NCBI GenBank assembly: GCA_002104905.1
Contig: MCFE01000787.1
Location: forward strand, 1-36,177
Direction of reading: 5' to 3'
DNA: 36,177 nt
Source of the DNA: Basidiobolus meristosporus CBS 931.73
Lineage: Eukaryota > Fungi > Basidiobolomycota
Below the pieces are notes generated by a model that did no database searches, had not been told where the DNA came from, and worked only from the letters and a program-made list of their open reading frames with translations. Within the stretch, counting starts at the first letter, position 1. Each line of letters begins with the position of its first letter. The position numbers and the translations under genes are program-made. Shown here piece after piece: positions 11,270 through 21,956 of the stretch.

Positions 11270-14200
11270 CAAATAAAGGTACATATGTAAAGGTACATAT
11301 AGAGAATAAGGAGATTCTTGCCCTTATCAACACAGGATCCTCTACGTTGATCATGTCAGAGTCATTAGCAAAACATCTTAAATTAGACATAGTCCCCAAC
11401 AACACCATTTGAGTATGGCTAGCAAATGACTAACTGGACACAACGGTAGGCATGGTGCCTAATTGTCCCATCCGGCTAGGCAACTTGATAATACACCAAG
11501 ATGTTGTGGTTCTTCCCATTGCTGCCAACAACTTACTCATTGGCAAGAGTTGGTTTATCCAACATAAGATGGATATACTTTACAGTGCATCTGAACTCAG
11601 GTGGGATACCAAGAGTATCCCACTGATTCATATCACCAATGAGAGCAAGGTGCATAGCAACAGTGTGACAATCAAAGAGGTGAAACCATTGCAGTCTCCA
11701 ATCATCACACAAAAGGTGATAAAAATACCACCTGCCAGTGTGACAGTGATCTCATTAGAGACACTAATAGCTTATTGGACAAGCGGAAGAATGATAACCG
11801 CAGCAAAGGCATCCAAGCAACTGGAAGGAATCTTGATCCCTAAAGTATGGATACCACCAAAATTTGAAATGCAAAGTCTGAAGTGCTTAGTGGTCAACAA
11901 TGGGCAACACACAGTGACATTGCCTAGAGGAGTACCATTGTAAAACCTAGAGGAAGTTGATGGAAACAACCAAGGACCACCTGCAAACAAGGAACCAGAA
12001 GAAGAACTCCCCAAACTAGATGTGGACCCCAGTCCACTGTCTGCATTACAAGACAAGTTCCCAGAAGGAATACGCCCGCTTGCCCAAGTATTCTCTAAGA
12101 ACCAAGTAATTGGTCATATACCTGGGGTATATCACCAAATCCACCTCACCAACAAATACCCCATCAAGCAATAAGCATATAGGAACTCAAAAATTGACAC
12201 GGACTACATCAAAGAGACAATTGAAACTTTATTGAAAGGCGACATCATTACAGAGAGCCAGTCTCCGTGGGCCTCCCCTGTAGTGATAGTCCCAAAGAAA
12301 GACAGAAAGCAACGCTTTTGCATCAACTACCAAAAATTGAATGCCGTTGTGGTAGGGTAAACATACCTCCCACAGGCAAGTTTATTCATATAGTCATTAT
12401 GATATACTTATCCATATTTTATCTTATCAGTATTATCCCATTCTTCTTTTGCCCATATTATCAGTATTATCCCCATATGATGTTTACCCTGATTAGTTAT
12501 TAGCATTAGTTATCCCAGATGTTATTCAGCTTTGTGATCAGTAGATGTATCTATATAAGGCAAGTACCCGTGTCAGTACCCGTGACACATGACCTAGGTC
12601 TGTGTTACCATCTCTACCATTTCAATACCATATATGGTATTTCTATGTTGCACAGGTTTCAGACTACTGATTCCTGATTGGTTGAGAGTGCTGTGCCTTT
12701 TAGAACCTTCCAGGACATTCTTGGCATATTTTTAGCTCATAGTGATGTCATCAAGAATTCCACTGATACCTAGAATCTTCTAGAACCTTGTCATTAGTAA
12801 TCACTTGGCAATCAGGAAAAGTATTTAAGGGAAAGCAATCCCTCATCAATAAATCATCCCTTCTATCAGTAACACTTCTACCTTATTGATTAGCAGTTGA
12901 TCACTGCACCTGCCTTCAACAGTACATCTCAGACCTGCCATCAAGGAGCTTTTCAGGGTAGTGCACAAGACACACAGAGGCCTTTGAAGACACTTGGAGC
13001 ACCTAGGAAGCTAGAGAAGCAGGAGCTTTTACCATAGTGACATATTGACAAAGACACCAGCAGTTTAGATACAGAGGTTATTGCACCCATCAGACACCTC
13101 ACACACCTTGAGTTGTGTAGCTTCTCCCAGGAGTACCTCTACACCACCACACCGTCACCCGGAAGAATGTGTATCCACTACTGCAAATAGGCAACCTGTT
13201 GGACAGATTAATTGGAGCTAAATATTTTAGCTCTCTTGACTTAATCTCCGGGTATTGGCAAGTAGAAGTAGCCCCAGAAGATCAACCTAAAACCGCTTTT
13301 ATAACATTATTTGGATTATACAAATGGAACTGACTACCCTTTGGCTTGTGCAATGCCTCCACTCTGTTCCAAAGGATGATCAACAAGGTGCTAGGAAATC
13401 TACAATAGGAATGCGCTCTTGTGTATCTGGACAACATCACAATATATTCCCCCAATGTAGAAGAACATATACACAACGTGCAACATATCCTAACAGCCCT
13501 CCTCAAGAACCAACTCAAGCTACATCCAAAAGAAGTGCCATTTCCTGTATACAAAATTGTTGTTCCTGGGCCACAAGATCTTGCAGATGGAATATACCCA
13601 TCTACTTCACTCCTGAAAGCTGATCAAGATACACCCGCACTAAAGGATATTAATGCAGTGTTGGGATTCCTAAGATTAGCCAGCTACTATTGCGACTTTG
13701 TCAAAAACTTTGTAATGATAGCAGCTCCCCTATACAAATTGACGCAAAAAGGCCAGTGTTTTGTATGGTTGGAGCCTCAAAAGAGAGCATTCAATCAGCT
13801 GAAACATTCCCTGATGTCACCGCCAGTGTTATGTTTTCCCAATTGGGATGTGAGATTTTTTATTAACTGTGATGGAGGTCTCACTGGTATAGGCGCCATA
13901 CTGGGACAATACCACCAACCTGGCAAATTCCACCCAATTGGTTACGTGAGCCGTTTGTTAAACAAACATAAACGTCACTACCCTGTTACCAAGATAGAAT
14001 GTCTTGCTATTGTTTATTCAATTAAACAATTCCACACATACATACATGGTTGCTGATTCACAATAGTAATGGACCACAGCGCACTGGTCTGGCTGATGAA
14101 AACTAAAGACTTTACTGGTCAACTAGCATGTTGGGCCCTCTAACTACAAGAATACAACTTTGAAATAATTCATTGCGCTGGCAAGAAACACCAAGATGCA

Positions 14201-15440
14201 GACTTCCTCAGTTGCTATCCCATTTGCCAAGTACATGTCAGCAATGACTACAAAGACGTAATCTGCTTTAAATGAAGAGGGAAGTATCCCAAACATGTTG
14301 TTGCAAACAAGCAGAAGAGAGACTTTTGAAAGAAATGGTGTCAGTACAAAGTATAAAAAAACCAATTATGGTTCTTCCAAGGACAGTTCAGAGTTGAGGT
14401 ACCCCAAATAACTGCCCGCAAAGAAATCATACAAGAAAGACATATGTTATTAGGACACGCTAACCCTCTAACAACATACAAGATGCAAAGAAAGACATTT
14501 TATTGGAAAAAAATGATAACTGACGTTGTGAATACACTACAAAGATGCTCCACCTGCAAAAAGTTTAACCAAAGTCAAAAGATAGGGATAACCGCACCAA
14601 TACTGCTTGACCTACCCTTCTATTGGGTAGGGATTTACTTTGTTGGGCCCTTTATGAAAACAAAGAAAGGAGAACAATACATAATAATTGCTACCAATCA
14701 TTTCTCAAAGTGGGTAGAAGCCCAAGCCGTCCAAAATAAAGACCAGAAGACAACCGCCCAATTCATTCTTGAACACCTCATCTGCCGGCACAAATATCCT
14801 CAGATACTCCTGTCCAATAATGGTGGCTCCTTCCTGAATGACACTGTGGCCCACATGTGCAAAATGATGGGCATGAAACAGGTCTTCACAGCCACGTATC
14901 ACCCCCAGACCAACAGATTAATGGAGAGGATGAACCAGATGTGTTGCCGCATACTAGAGAAGCTCCACTGAGAACTACCCCAATCATGGGCCAAGCTACT
15001 CCCACTAACACTCCTGGCAATGCATACAATACCAAATAAAAAACAGGTTTCTCCCCGTACAGAGTTCTGTGCAGACAAAGGCCCAAGTGGTGTGAAGAAA
15101 CTGGATTGACAATGGAAGGTGTCCCCTTGACAACACATAACAACTATGTAGAAAGGTTGATACACCATATTGCCCACCTGTACATAAAAGTATTCAAAAA
15201 TGTTGACAAGCACCTTCCCCCTCCACCCAAAAATGAGAAACTAATGGGACAAAAGTGGAAACCAGGCAATAAAGTGTGGTACAATCAAACCGTTGCAGGC
15301 CTCAAGTTTTGCCCACAATTTACACCCTGATGAATTGGCCCTTGCACCGTCATTAGTTTGGACCACGGGCCAAAGTACACCATTACCCTGAACAACAAGA
15401 CAATCAGCAACGTAGGGCCAGCCCATCTGAAACCGTTTCA
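11270..15440 (+). pseudogene. Gypsy-A pol (protease, RT, RNase H, integrase), interrupted by a solo LTR
   Basis: PR: ILALINTGSS. RT: SPWASPVVIVPKK..RFCINY.KLNAV / TRKNVYPL..LDLISGYWQ..LVYLDNI. RNase H: CDGGLTGIGAILGQ..ECLAIVYSIKQF. IN: H..H..CSTC, VGIYFVGP, YHPQTN.LMERMNQ. GPY/F-like end: WIGPCTV..AHLKPF. Confidence 0.92.
12348..13151. mobile_element. 804-bp solo LTR of a different family inserted into gypsy-A RT
   Basis: Termini TGTGGT...ACCACA (6-bp inverted). 4-bp TSD CCGT at 12344-12347 and 13152-13155. Removing it restores AAT GCC GTC ACC CGG AAG (N-A-V-T-R-K). No coding capacity. TATTTAA at ~12823 and AATAAA at ~12849. Confidence 0.85.
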
Positions 15441-16776
15441 TGATGATCCACCAATCATCACTGAAATCAAAGTGTGATTAAACAATTATCAGGACAAGGA
15501 TAGAGGAAGACACGGGATACATACAAAGTTCATTGGGGGAGATTTTAGTTGATATAGGCACAAATGATATGCACAAGGAAGTTTGCCCAAAGGGGAGAAC
15601 AAAAGAATGCATATGGAAAGCACCAAAGGAAACAGTTCACCCAAAACTGGCAATACCCCTCCCACCAGCAAGAACCAAGATGATATTGACAATGAAACCA
15701 ACCTGCAAGTGTTGAGAGATATGGTACAAGCATTACGTGCAACAAGAGCCACCTATGAAGAGTTGTTTGCTGGAGCAGTCATGTTGATACAAGACACAAT
15801 CAGAGAGGGATGAGACAAGTTACCCACGCCAATACAAAGCATGCAGATACTACCCAAGAAGACTGTGTACCACCTAAGAGGAGGTTCCTTAATCATTAAG
15901 GAGAAGGACGCCGCACTGATTCCTGTATCCATACTGGACACAGTCAGACAGAAGACACAAGGAATCAACTGTTGCACCCTCACAAGACCTTGAGAGCCCC
16001 CCTGTTTTGTTGCATACTTGCCATTGATAGGTACCACGGTTGTTGAGGTATATGCAGACCTGGTACAAGCCGCAAGAGCACCAGAAGTAGAACTCCCAAT
16101 CGAAGGACTCCTCCAAGAAATTTGTGAACATCTCAAACCGCATTTCCAAGAAGGAACCATCTTAGAGAAGATATGCAAACCGATTAAATACACCGGCCAG
16201 TTAACCCATGCAATCCACCAAGTTGCTGTGTTACAACTATTACAGTGGTTTACCATAGGATAACTCAGGAACCAGTACAAAGTTCAACTCCAAGAAGCCA
16301 AAGAAACCGCTGCGGACTCTGTAGAAACCATGAGGCAAGTACAAAAGCGCCTTGATTGCGCCACAGTTTCTACAGAAGAACTACAATACGTCCTGGAAGA
16401 AGCAAAAACTTGTTACCAACAACAGGTGACTGCCAACCAAGTGTACGCCCTCTTCAAAAGGTCCCCTGCCATCATATTGAACACAAAAAGGACAAGCCCC
16501 AACAACGTTTGCAAGATAAAGAAGCAAGACTTTATTGCACTATTTCACCTTTTCTTGTTCTCCAACCCTCCCAAGGAACTTACCCAGAACCCTATGGTTT
16601 GCCAACTATTTGGCTCTGTGGAAAACATCCCTCAAGCAACACAAGCCGCACCCCACTCTGCCGCCAAATGGTATCAGGTATTTGCCCATGGCCCCCTTGC
16701 AAGTGACAACCAGCAATGGTACTATGGTGACTCCCCATGCTCTGTGAATGAAATCTACCCTGGAGAAGCAAATTAG
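15439..16776 (+). pseudogene. Unexplained ~445-codon reading frame after the gypsy-A integrase (pol extension or separate ORF3)
   Basis: ORF-track pieces 15106-15330, 15583-15813, 16018-16263 and 16330-16776 are all in one frame. Between 15439 and 16776 there are only six internal stops (TGA at 15475, 15550, 15565, 15811, 15991; TAA at 16261) and no frameshift. Confidence 0.7.
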
Positions 16777-16821
16777 TCAAAAGAACTTGGAGGACAAAGC
16801 TCCCTCTTAACCCCCAGGATA

Positions 16822-17191
16822 TGTGAGTACTAAATGCAGTACCCACTCTTTGCCCAAGAGTTCTCCCCAGAGTCCTACCCAAAGTCCCCCAGTATCCTCC
16901 CTATGATTCCCCCACGCGCCCTCACTCCTATCCCTACCTTTATCTAGTTAGAACACTTACCATAACAGGAAGGTGTTCACACCCCTATTTTGTAACACAT
17001 TGACTATTATCTACGCCCCCCCCAAGTGATATATATATGTACCCAATTGAACCAAGACAAGGGGATTGGACAAAATAAACACAAGTCTTTATTACCTTGC
17101 TACCTTCTATTGGAAGCTACTCTGAACCAAGTGGTACTGACTTGACCTACAAGCTCTCCCACTCACCAAGTACAGTCAGTAATAACCCACA
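16822..17191 (+). repeat. Gypsy-A 3' LTR (370 bp)
   Basis: TGTGAGTACTAAATGCAG...AATAACCCACA followed by the TSD AACAG. Confidence 0.95.
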
Positions 17192-18966
17192 AACAGTGCC
17201 CAAAGATAGAGCCCACAGAGAAACCTATCACAGCAGGGGAGGGAGACAATGTGGTGTTTGTACCAAAGCCTAAAAATCAAAAGACATATCTAAAATACAA
17301 GAGGCCATCAGAAGTCTAGCAAACCATCATCTTAAGGCCAGCATACCATGGGACCATCAGGAACTCAAGGCCAAGCAGAATGCACTTGACTTGTTCCATG
17401 AGCATTATCCTGGATTCAAACAGGCAAACATAATTTAGGCCAGCATTGGTATGCTAAGAAAGTATCTTAAGAATAGCAGAAACTATCAAAGGCAGAAGAA
17501 CAAGTGTGCCATGGCCAAAAACCAGCAGCTTCCTCAGGAGTCTGTTACAAGCAGGGCCAAAAGCTCTAGAAAAGCATCAAAGAGACATCAGGCAGCTGGA
17601 AGAGTGCCAATTAGGGACAAGCAGGCAGATATGGATACACCAGCATAACATTAACAGGGAAAAAGTGTAGTATCACTCAAGAAGCACTCATTCAAAGTAG
17701 CAGTGAAGGACCTGGCAGTGATAAGAATCAGCTGCTTTTGCAGGAGCCCATCACAACTACAGTTGAGAGCTCAAAACAAGCGGAAAAGATATGTCAGGTT
17801 GCAAGAAGAGAGCCAGCATGGGACAAGCAGGCCAAAACAGATGCATCAGATCAGAATTTATCCAGGAGAAAACATAGTTCTTTACAAGAAGCACTCAGAC
17901 AAAGTAGCAGTGAAAGACCTGGCAGTGATAAATGAAAAGTCAAAGGGGAAAATGTCCACCCAAGCCTGAGACAAGGAGGCATGCAAAAAAAACTGCAGTT
18001 CTTGCCAATTAACATTGCAAGCCAGGAAAAGACTGAATCCCATCATAGCCAAGAAGAATTACCAACAAGAAAACAGCTGTTTTCACAAGAGTTGGAAGTG
18101 TAGCCAGTTGAGCTACACTCCAGCAAGGTAGATGAGTTTGCTGGAAAAGGTCAATTCATCTACCACAGCCTCCATTGTTGACAGAGTGGAGATCCCATAG
18201 ACAGACAAGGCTACAATGTTAAGAGCTCAAAAAACTATCACACTGCCTTAAGTGGAATTTTAGAATATTAATAGGTACACCAGGAGGTTGCAGCACCTCT
18301 TCAATAGCAGTGCTCAAGAATATACACTTGAATATTGCAAGGCTTTATTGCAAGGATTTATTACAAAGACTGGAGATGAGGTGCTAGACCTTGCAGTGCC
18401 AGCTGAAGACCAGGACATGTGGGCACCAGTGAATGTACTGTGGCATAAAGTTGTTGGGTTCCTGCCAAAGTTGTGGAACTAGAGCGTTACAGCAGAAATA
18501 CTTATTGAGTGGTGGATTTTAATGTAGTTACTTGTTGAGTGTGGGGCTGGGCTTAAAGCTAGCTTAGGGTATAGAGACTTTTATAGGTCCATACAACTGG
18601 CAATTGAAGTACAACTGAAGTTTCAATGGAAATAAATTAATTTGTACACATGAAAAGTAAGAGAAACAGTTGTGTCAGGAAGTAAGGAGTGCAAAAAAGA
18701 GGCAATAGCCAATCAATTCACACAAATGTAGGAGGCCATAGAGTGTCTAGGATCAAAAAGTGAGCAAATTGGCAGGGAACCAATCAAAAGCCACCTGTAC
18801 ATTGCTGTGATGAAAAATTTTGACTAAGTTTTTTGTGAAATTTGGGGTGCAATTATTTTTCAACAGTCCCTGGACAGTGTCCTGCCAAGATCAGTACATC
18901 TTAGTCATGGGACTTAAACTTTGTGATGGCCTTTTGACAGGATCATCTCAATAATTTTTCATAGGG

Positions 18967-20865
18967 TCCTATAACTGATCTATTTGTCTCTTTATCTCTT
19001 CCAACTTCAATAGACTCATTCTGGAAGGTGGCTTGCTCACTGGAGGGCTGCTTCATATGTCAATGGCATGATCCACATGTCTGACTGGTGGTAGGCTGAC
19101 AGGTTCATGTGGAAACACATCTGAATATTCCTTCAAAAGAATCTGGACCTCCTGGGGCCCTGGAGTAGAGGAATTCACCAGTAATACTGCCATGAGGGAC
19201 ATCTGGGTACCTTTTCCAGGTGTCTTACGGAACTGTGTCTTGCTATGTTCACTTGTTTCACAGACACTGGAATTTACGAAGTTGAGATCCAGTCTGGCAG
19301 GTAATAGCTTATAGGTCTTGTTGTCCTTCTGGATCTGAGTAGCATGGATTCTCCAGCTGATGGATGGATTACAGGAAAATAGCCAGGTTCTCATAAGTAC
19401 AAGGTCAAACTTGCAGTTCCCATATATAATGGCCTGTTGGTCTTCTTCATAATCATAGATCTTCATTCTTGCGGGCTGAGTAATTGGTTGATTATGTGTG
19501 AGTTCCTGACAGCTGTTGAGACTGTAGTTGATGTGGTGGGTTCCATGTTAATTCTAGCTTTCAAGGCAAATTGCTCTGACATGTACTCATATGATGATCC
19601 TGAGTCAATCATGATCTTGGCAGGTACTCTGTTACAACATGTGTGCAATGTTTGGGGCTGTCTGGACAACTTGGGGAATTTTCATGTTCTGGGTACCTGG
19701 TATTTTGGTGAAAATATTCCAAGTAAATCCCAACAAGGAATTTGGTCAGTATTCTCTAGGATATGAAGGTAATGATCTAAGTGACTAAGTTAGGTGAATA
19801 TTTGGGTCAAAATACAAATTCTTACAACATGCTTACTCCATTCAGGTATAGCAGCTTCCCTGAGTTTGAGGTCAGCTGGCATAGGTATTGTTCTGTCATA
19901 TGGGAGGTTAGCTCTGAAGCTTCTTCAAGTTCATTCTTCATGTTAATGTGCTCAAGGGCTTTGACACAGTTGATGATTCTTGATGACTGATGTTCATTTC
20001 TTCTCTGCAGGCAGTACTCTGCAATATGTCCCTGCTGGTGGCAAATAAAGCAATGTCCTTTCTCCTTACCTTCTTCTGAGGTGGGATTCTTCTGCACAGC
20101 ATCTATTTCCATTAGCACTGCTTCTGAATGTCTTCTTTCATAGTGATTATAGCTTCTCTGATCAGTCATTGTAGGCTTCCCAACTCCAAGAATAGCTGAT
20201 TTATAGTCAGTGGCTGTCTTGATGGCTCTTCAATAGTCTGAGGTTTTCAGTAAATCATTTCCTTGAGAGTTCTATTTTTCAGCACATCAATAAAGTATTC
20301 AACTTGATGCAGGGGGTCCAGTCATGGCATCCACAATGGACATGAAGGTAATATTCATTCTAAAATTGAGTAAGGAGAGTACTTGAACTTGACTATTTCT
20401 TCCTATCTGCCTCTACATCTGCTCCACAGAGTGTTCCCAAAATTTGAGACAAGGTCCATTACTCTTCACTCTTCAAGTAAGAGGTACTAGAGAATAGATA
20501 TAACAGCAGTTAAGACCAATTAGCTCTGCTATGTGCTTGGAGCACTGATGATTAAATTCTGTTACAAGCTCTGGACATCAAAGCTGTAGATGCATTGAAT
20601 TAGCAATGGTAATCTGCCTCCAGATAAATGATTCCACAATATCAACCAATGATCCCCAATGTATCATAGGGGAAAACATCTTTAGATGGCAACTTCTACA
20701 AATAAGCATGCAATGCATATAATCCTTGTATTGGTGTTGACAGATATGCTTTTAGAGATTGATCAGAGTTGGTGAGAAGTAAATTGGATTATAGGAGCAA
20801 TGAAACATCATGTTAGCTTTGATATTGCTCTTGCATCTCAATAGAGGCAAATAGATTGAAAAATC
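18967..20865 (-). mobile_element. Gypsy-B: old, heavily decayed Ty3/gypsy fragment (gag, protease, start of RT)
   Basis: Gag with the AVLMEIDAV motif and knuckle CFICHQQGHIAEYC. Protease AKIMIDSGSS. EYSDVFPHEP..LPP.RHVDHAIDI. Continues at 140 beyond CMC-1. Its 5' LTR was not confidently located. Confidence 0.85.
19642..19826. mobile_element. 185-bp TG...CA element (mini solo-LTR-like) inserted in the gypsy-B protease
   Basis: TGTGCAATG...TTCTTACA flanked by a 5-bp direct repeat ACATG (19637-19641 and 19827-19831). It separates LLYLNGV from CNRVPAKIMIDSG. A second copy lies at 28554-28737. Confidence 0.7.
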
Positions 20866-21589
20866 CCCTATCAAAAGCAATTTGGTACTGCAGGTAGATC
20901 CAATTTGGATCAGCTGTCAGGATCCCGCTAAGAGTTAGTCATAACAACAGCAGCTTGAAACTACTGACTCTCCTCACAGTCTTATGATGGGATTGTGATG
21001 GCATTTTGATGATTTGACTGCCAAATAAAGTAAAAAACATAATGGTGTTTTGGAAGACTTTGGGCAAGAATTGCCAATTATATCAATTTCTTAATGCACT
21101 CTACATTTACTTGAGCAGATCTAACTGGTCTATACATCTAATTGCTGTATATTGTAAGAAATGTGATGGTATTCTGATGGCCTCATTGCAAACCCCTGCT
21201 GGTATTACAATGGCAGTACAGCAATCTATAATTGGTTTGTGTAATGCTACTCTACCAAGTTACCAAGTTGTATTTTCTTTTTCTACTTCCCCTTGCACTA
21301 TTCACATATTCAACTCTACAATTACCACTGTTTATTCTCTTACCCACTACTGCCTTGGGCTTTCCACATAGAGTTCAAATCAAGAAAAACAATGGCCCCC
21401 TGCTTATTGAACTCTACATACATTCACATCTGCTGTAACTGACACACTTCTGTCATATCAACTTTATGAGTTTCTCAGTGTGAAACTTGTAAGGTAGCCT
21501 TATACCTTTTATTGCTAGTAGAATAAACATCTAGCAAACATTTGCTTGGTTGCTGCCACTTTTGCAACAAACACCTCTTGAATAACTTC

Positions 21590-21956
21590 TGTTACAAGTG
21601 TTGGAATACAAGTTATAGAGGAATAAGGAGTTTAGCTACTATTGTACTCACCAAAAGCTGACTGAATTTTTTTTGAGGTTAAAGCAGATGCTTATATACA
21701 TTTTGCCAGATCAATTGTTGACTATTTGTATTTCCTAATGTAGGTTGTGGCTGATGCATTATATAGTTGCATCATTATCACCCACTTTGATCCTACTTGA
21801 TATATCTATTTCTGTCCAATAAGGATCTTCTGAATAATCTGCTGACTAGTACTACTGATTTGATAGACAATACTGATATATTGATAGGCCAGGCATAAAG
21901 CTATTGATTTGACTAAAACTGATCATACTTGAACATTCAAGCAGTGTATCATAACA
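21590..21956 (-). repeat. Putative 3' LTR of gypsy-C (367 bp)
   Basis: TG...CA ends with TGTTA/TAACA inverted termini, an adjacent PPT-like tract, and an exact break in CMC-3 homology at 21590. There is no partner LTR in the window to confirm it. Confidence 0.6.

Larger units (their letters stand above)
9646..17191 (+). mobile_element. Gypsy-A: full-length Ty3/gypsy LTR retrotransposon, decayed
   Basis: Paired LTRs TG...CA, 5-bp TSD AACAG (9641-9645 and 17192-17196). Domain order gag - zinc knuckle - PR - RT - RNase H - IN, which is the Ty3/gypsy order. Confidence 0.95.
9053..18885 (+). pseudogene. CMC-1 ORF2, split by gypsy-A (segments 9053-9645 and 17197-18885)
   Basis: The left part (VEPQADHYARADENVANAV...) and right part (MLRKYLKNSRNYQRQK..., EYTLEYCKALLQ...) join across the AACAG TSD to match the uninterrupted ORF2 of CMC-3 (AAGCACAACAACAGTGCCCA at 26591-26610). 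Confidence 0.75.
141..18966. mobile_element. CMC-1: CACTA/EnSpm (CMC superfamily) DNA transposon, decayed, carrying nested CMC-2 and gypsy-A
   Basis: Left terminus CCCTTTGAAAAATAATTT at 141. Right terminus AATAATTTTTCATAGGG ending at 18966. 3-bp TSD TCC at 138-140 and 18967-18969. Removing the element restores the gypsy-B frame. CCCTA ends fit the CMCWR consensus of the CMC superfamily. Own length is ~5.5 kb after subtracting nested inserts. Confidence 0.9.

Noticed and set aside
10894-11412. 172-aa ORF between gag and protease as a separate gene
   Set aside because: Its 3' half is the protease (ILALINTGSS), so it is a piece of the broken gag-pol frame.
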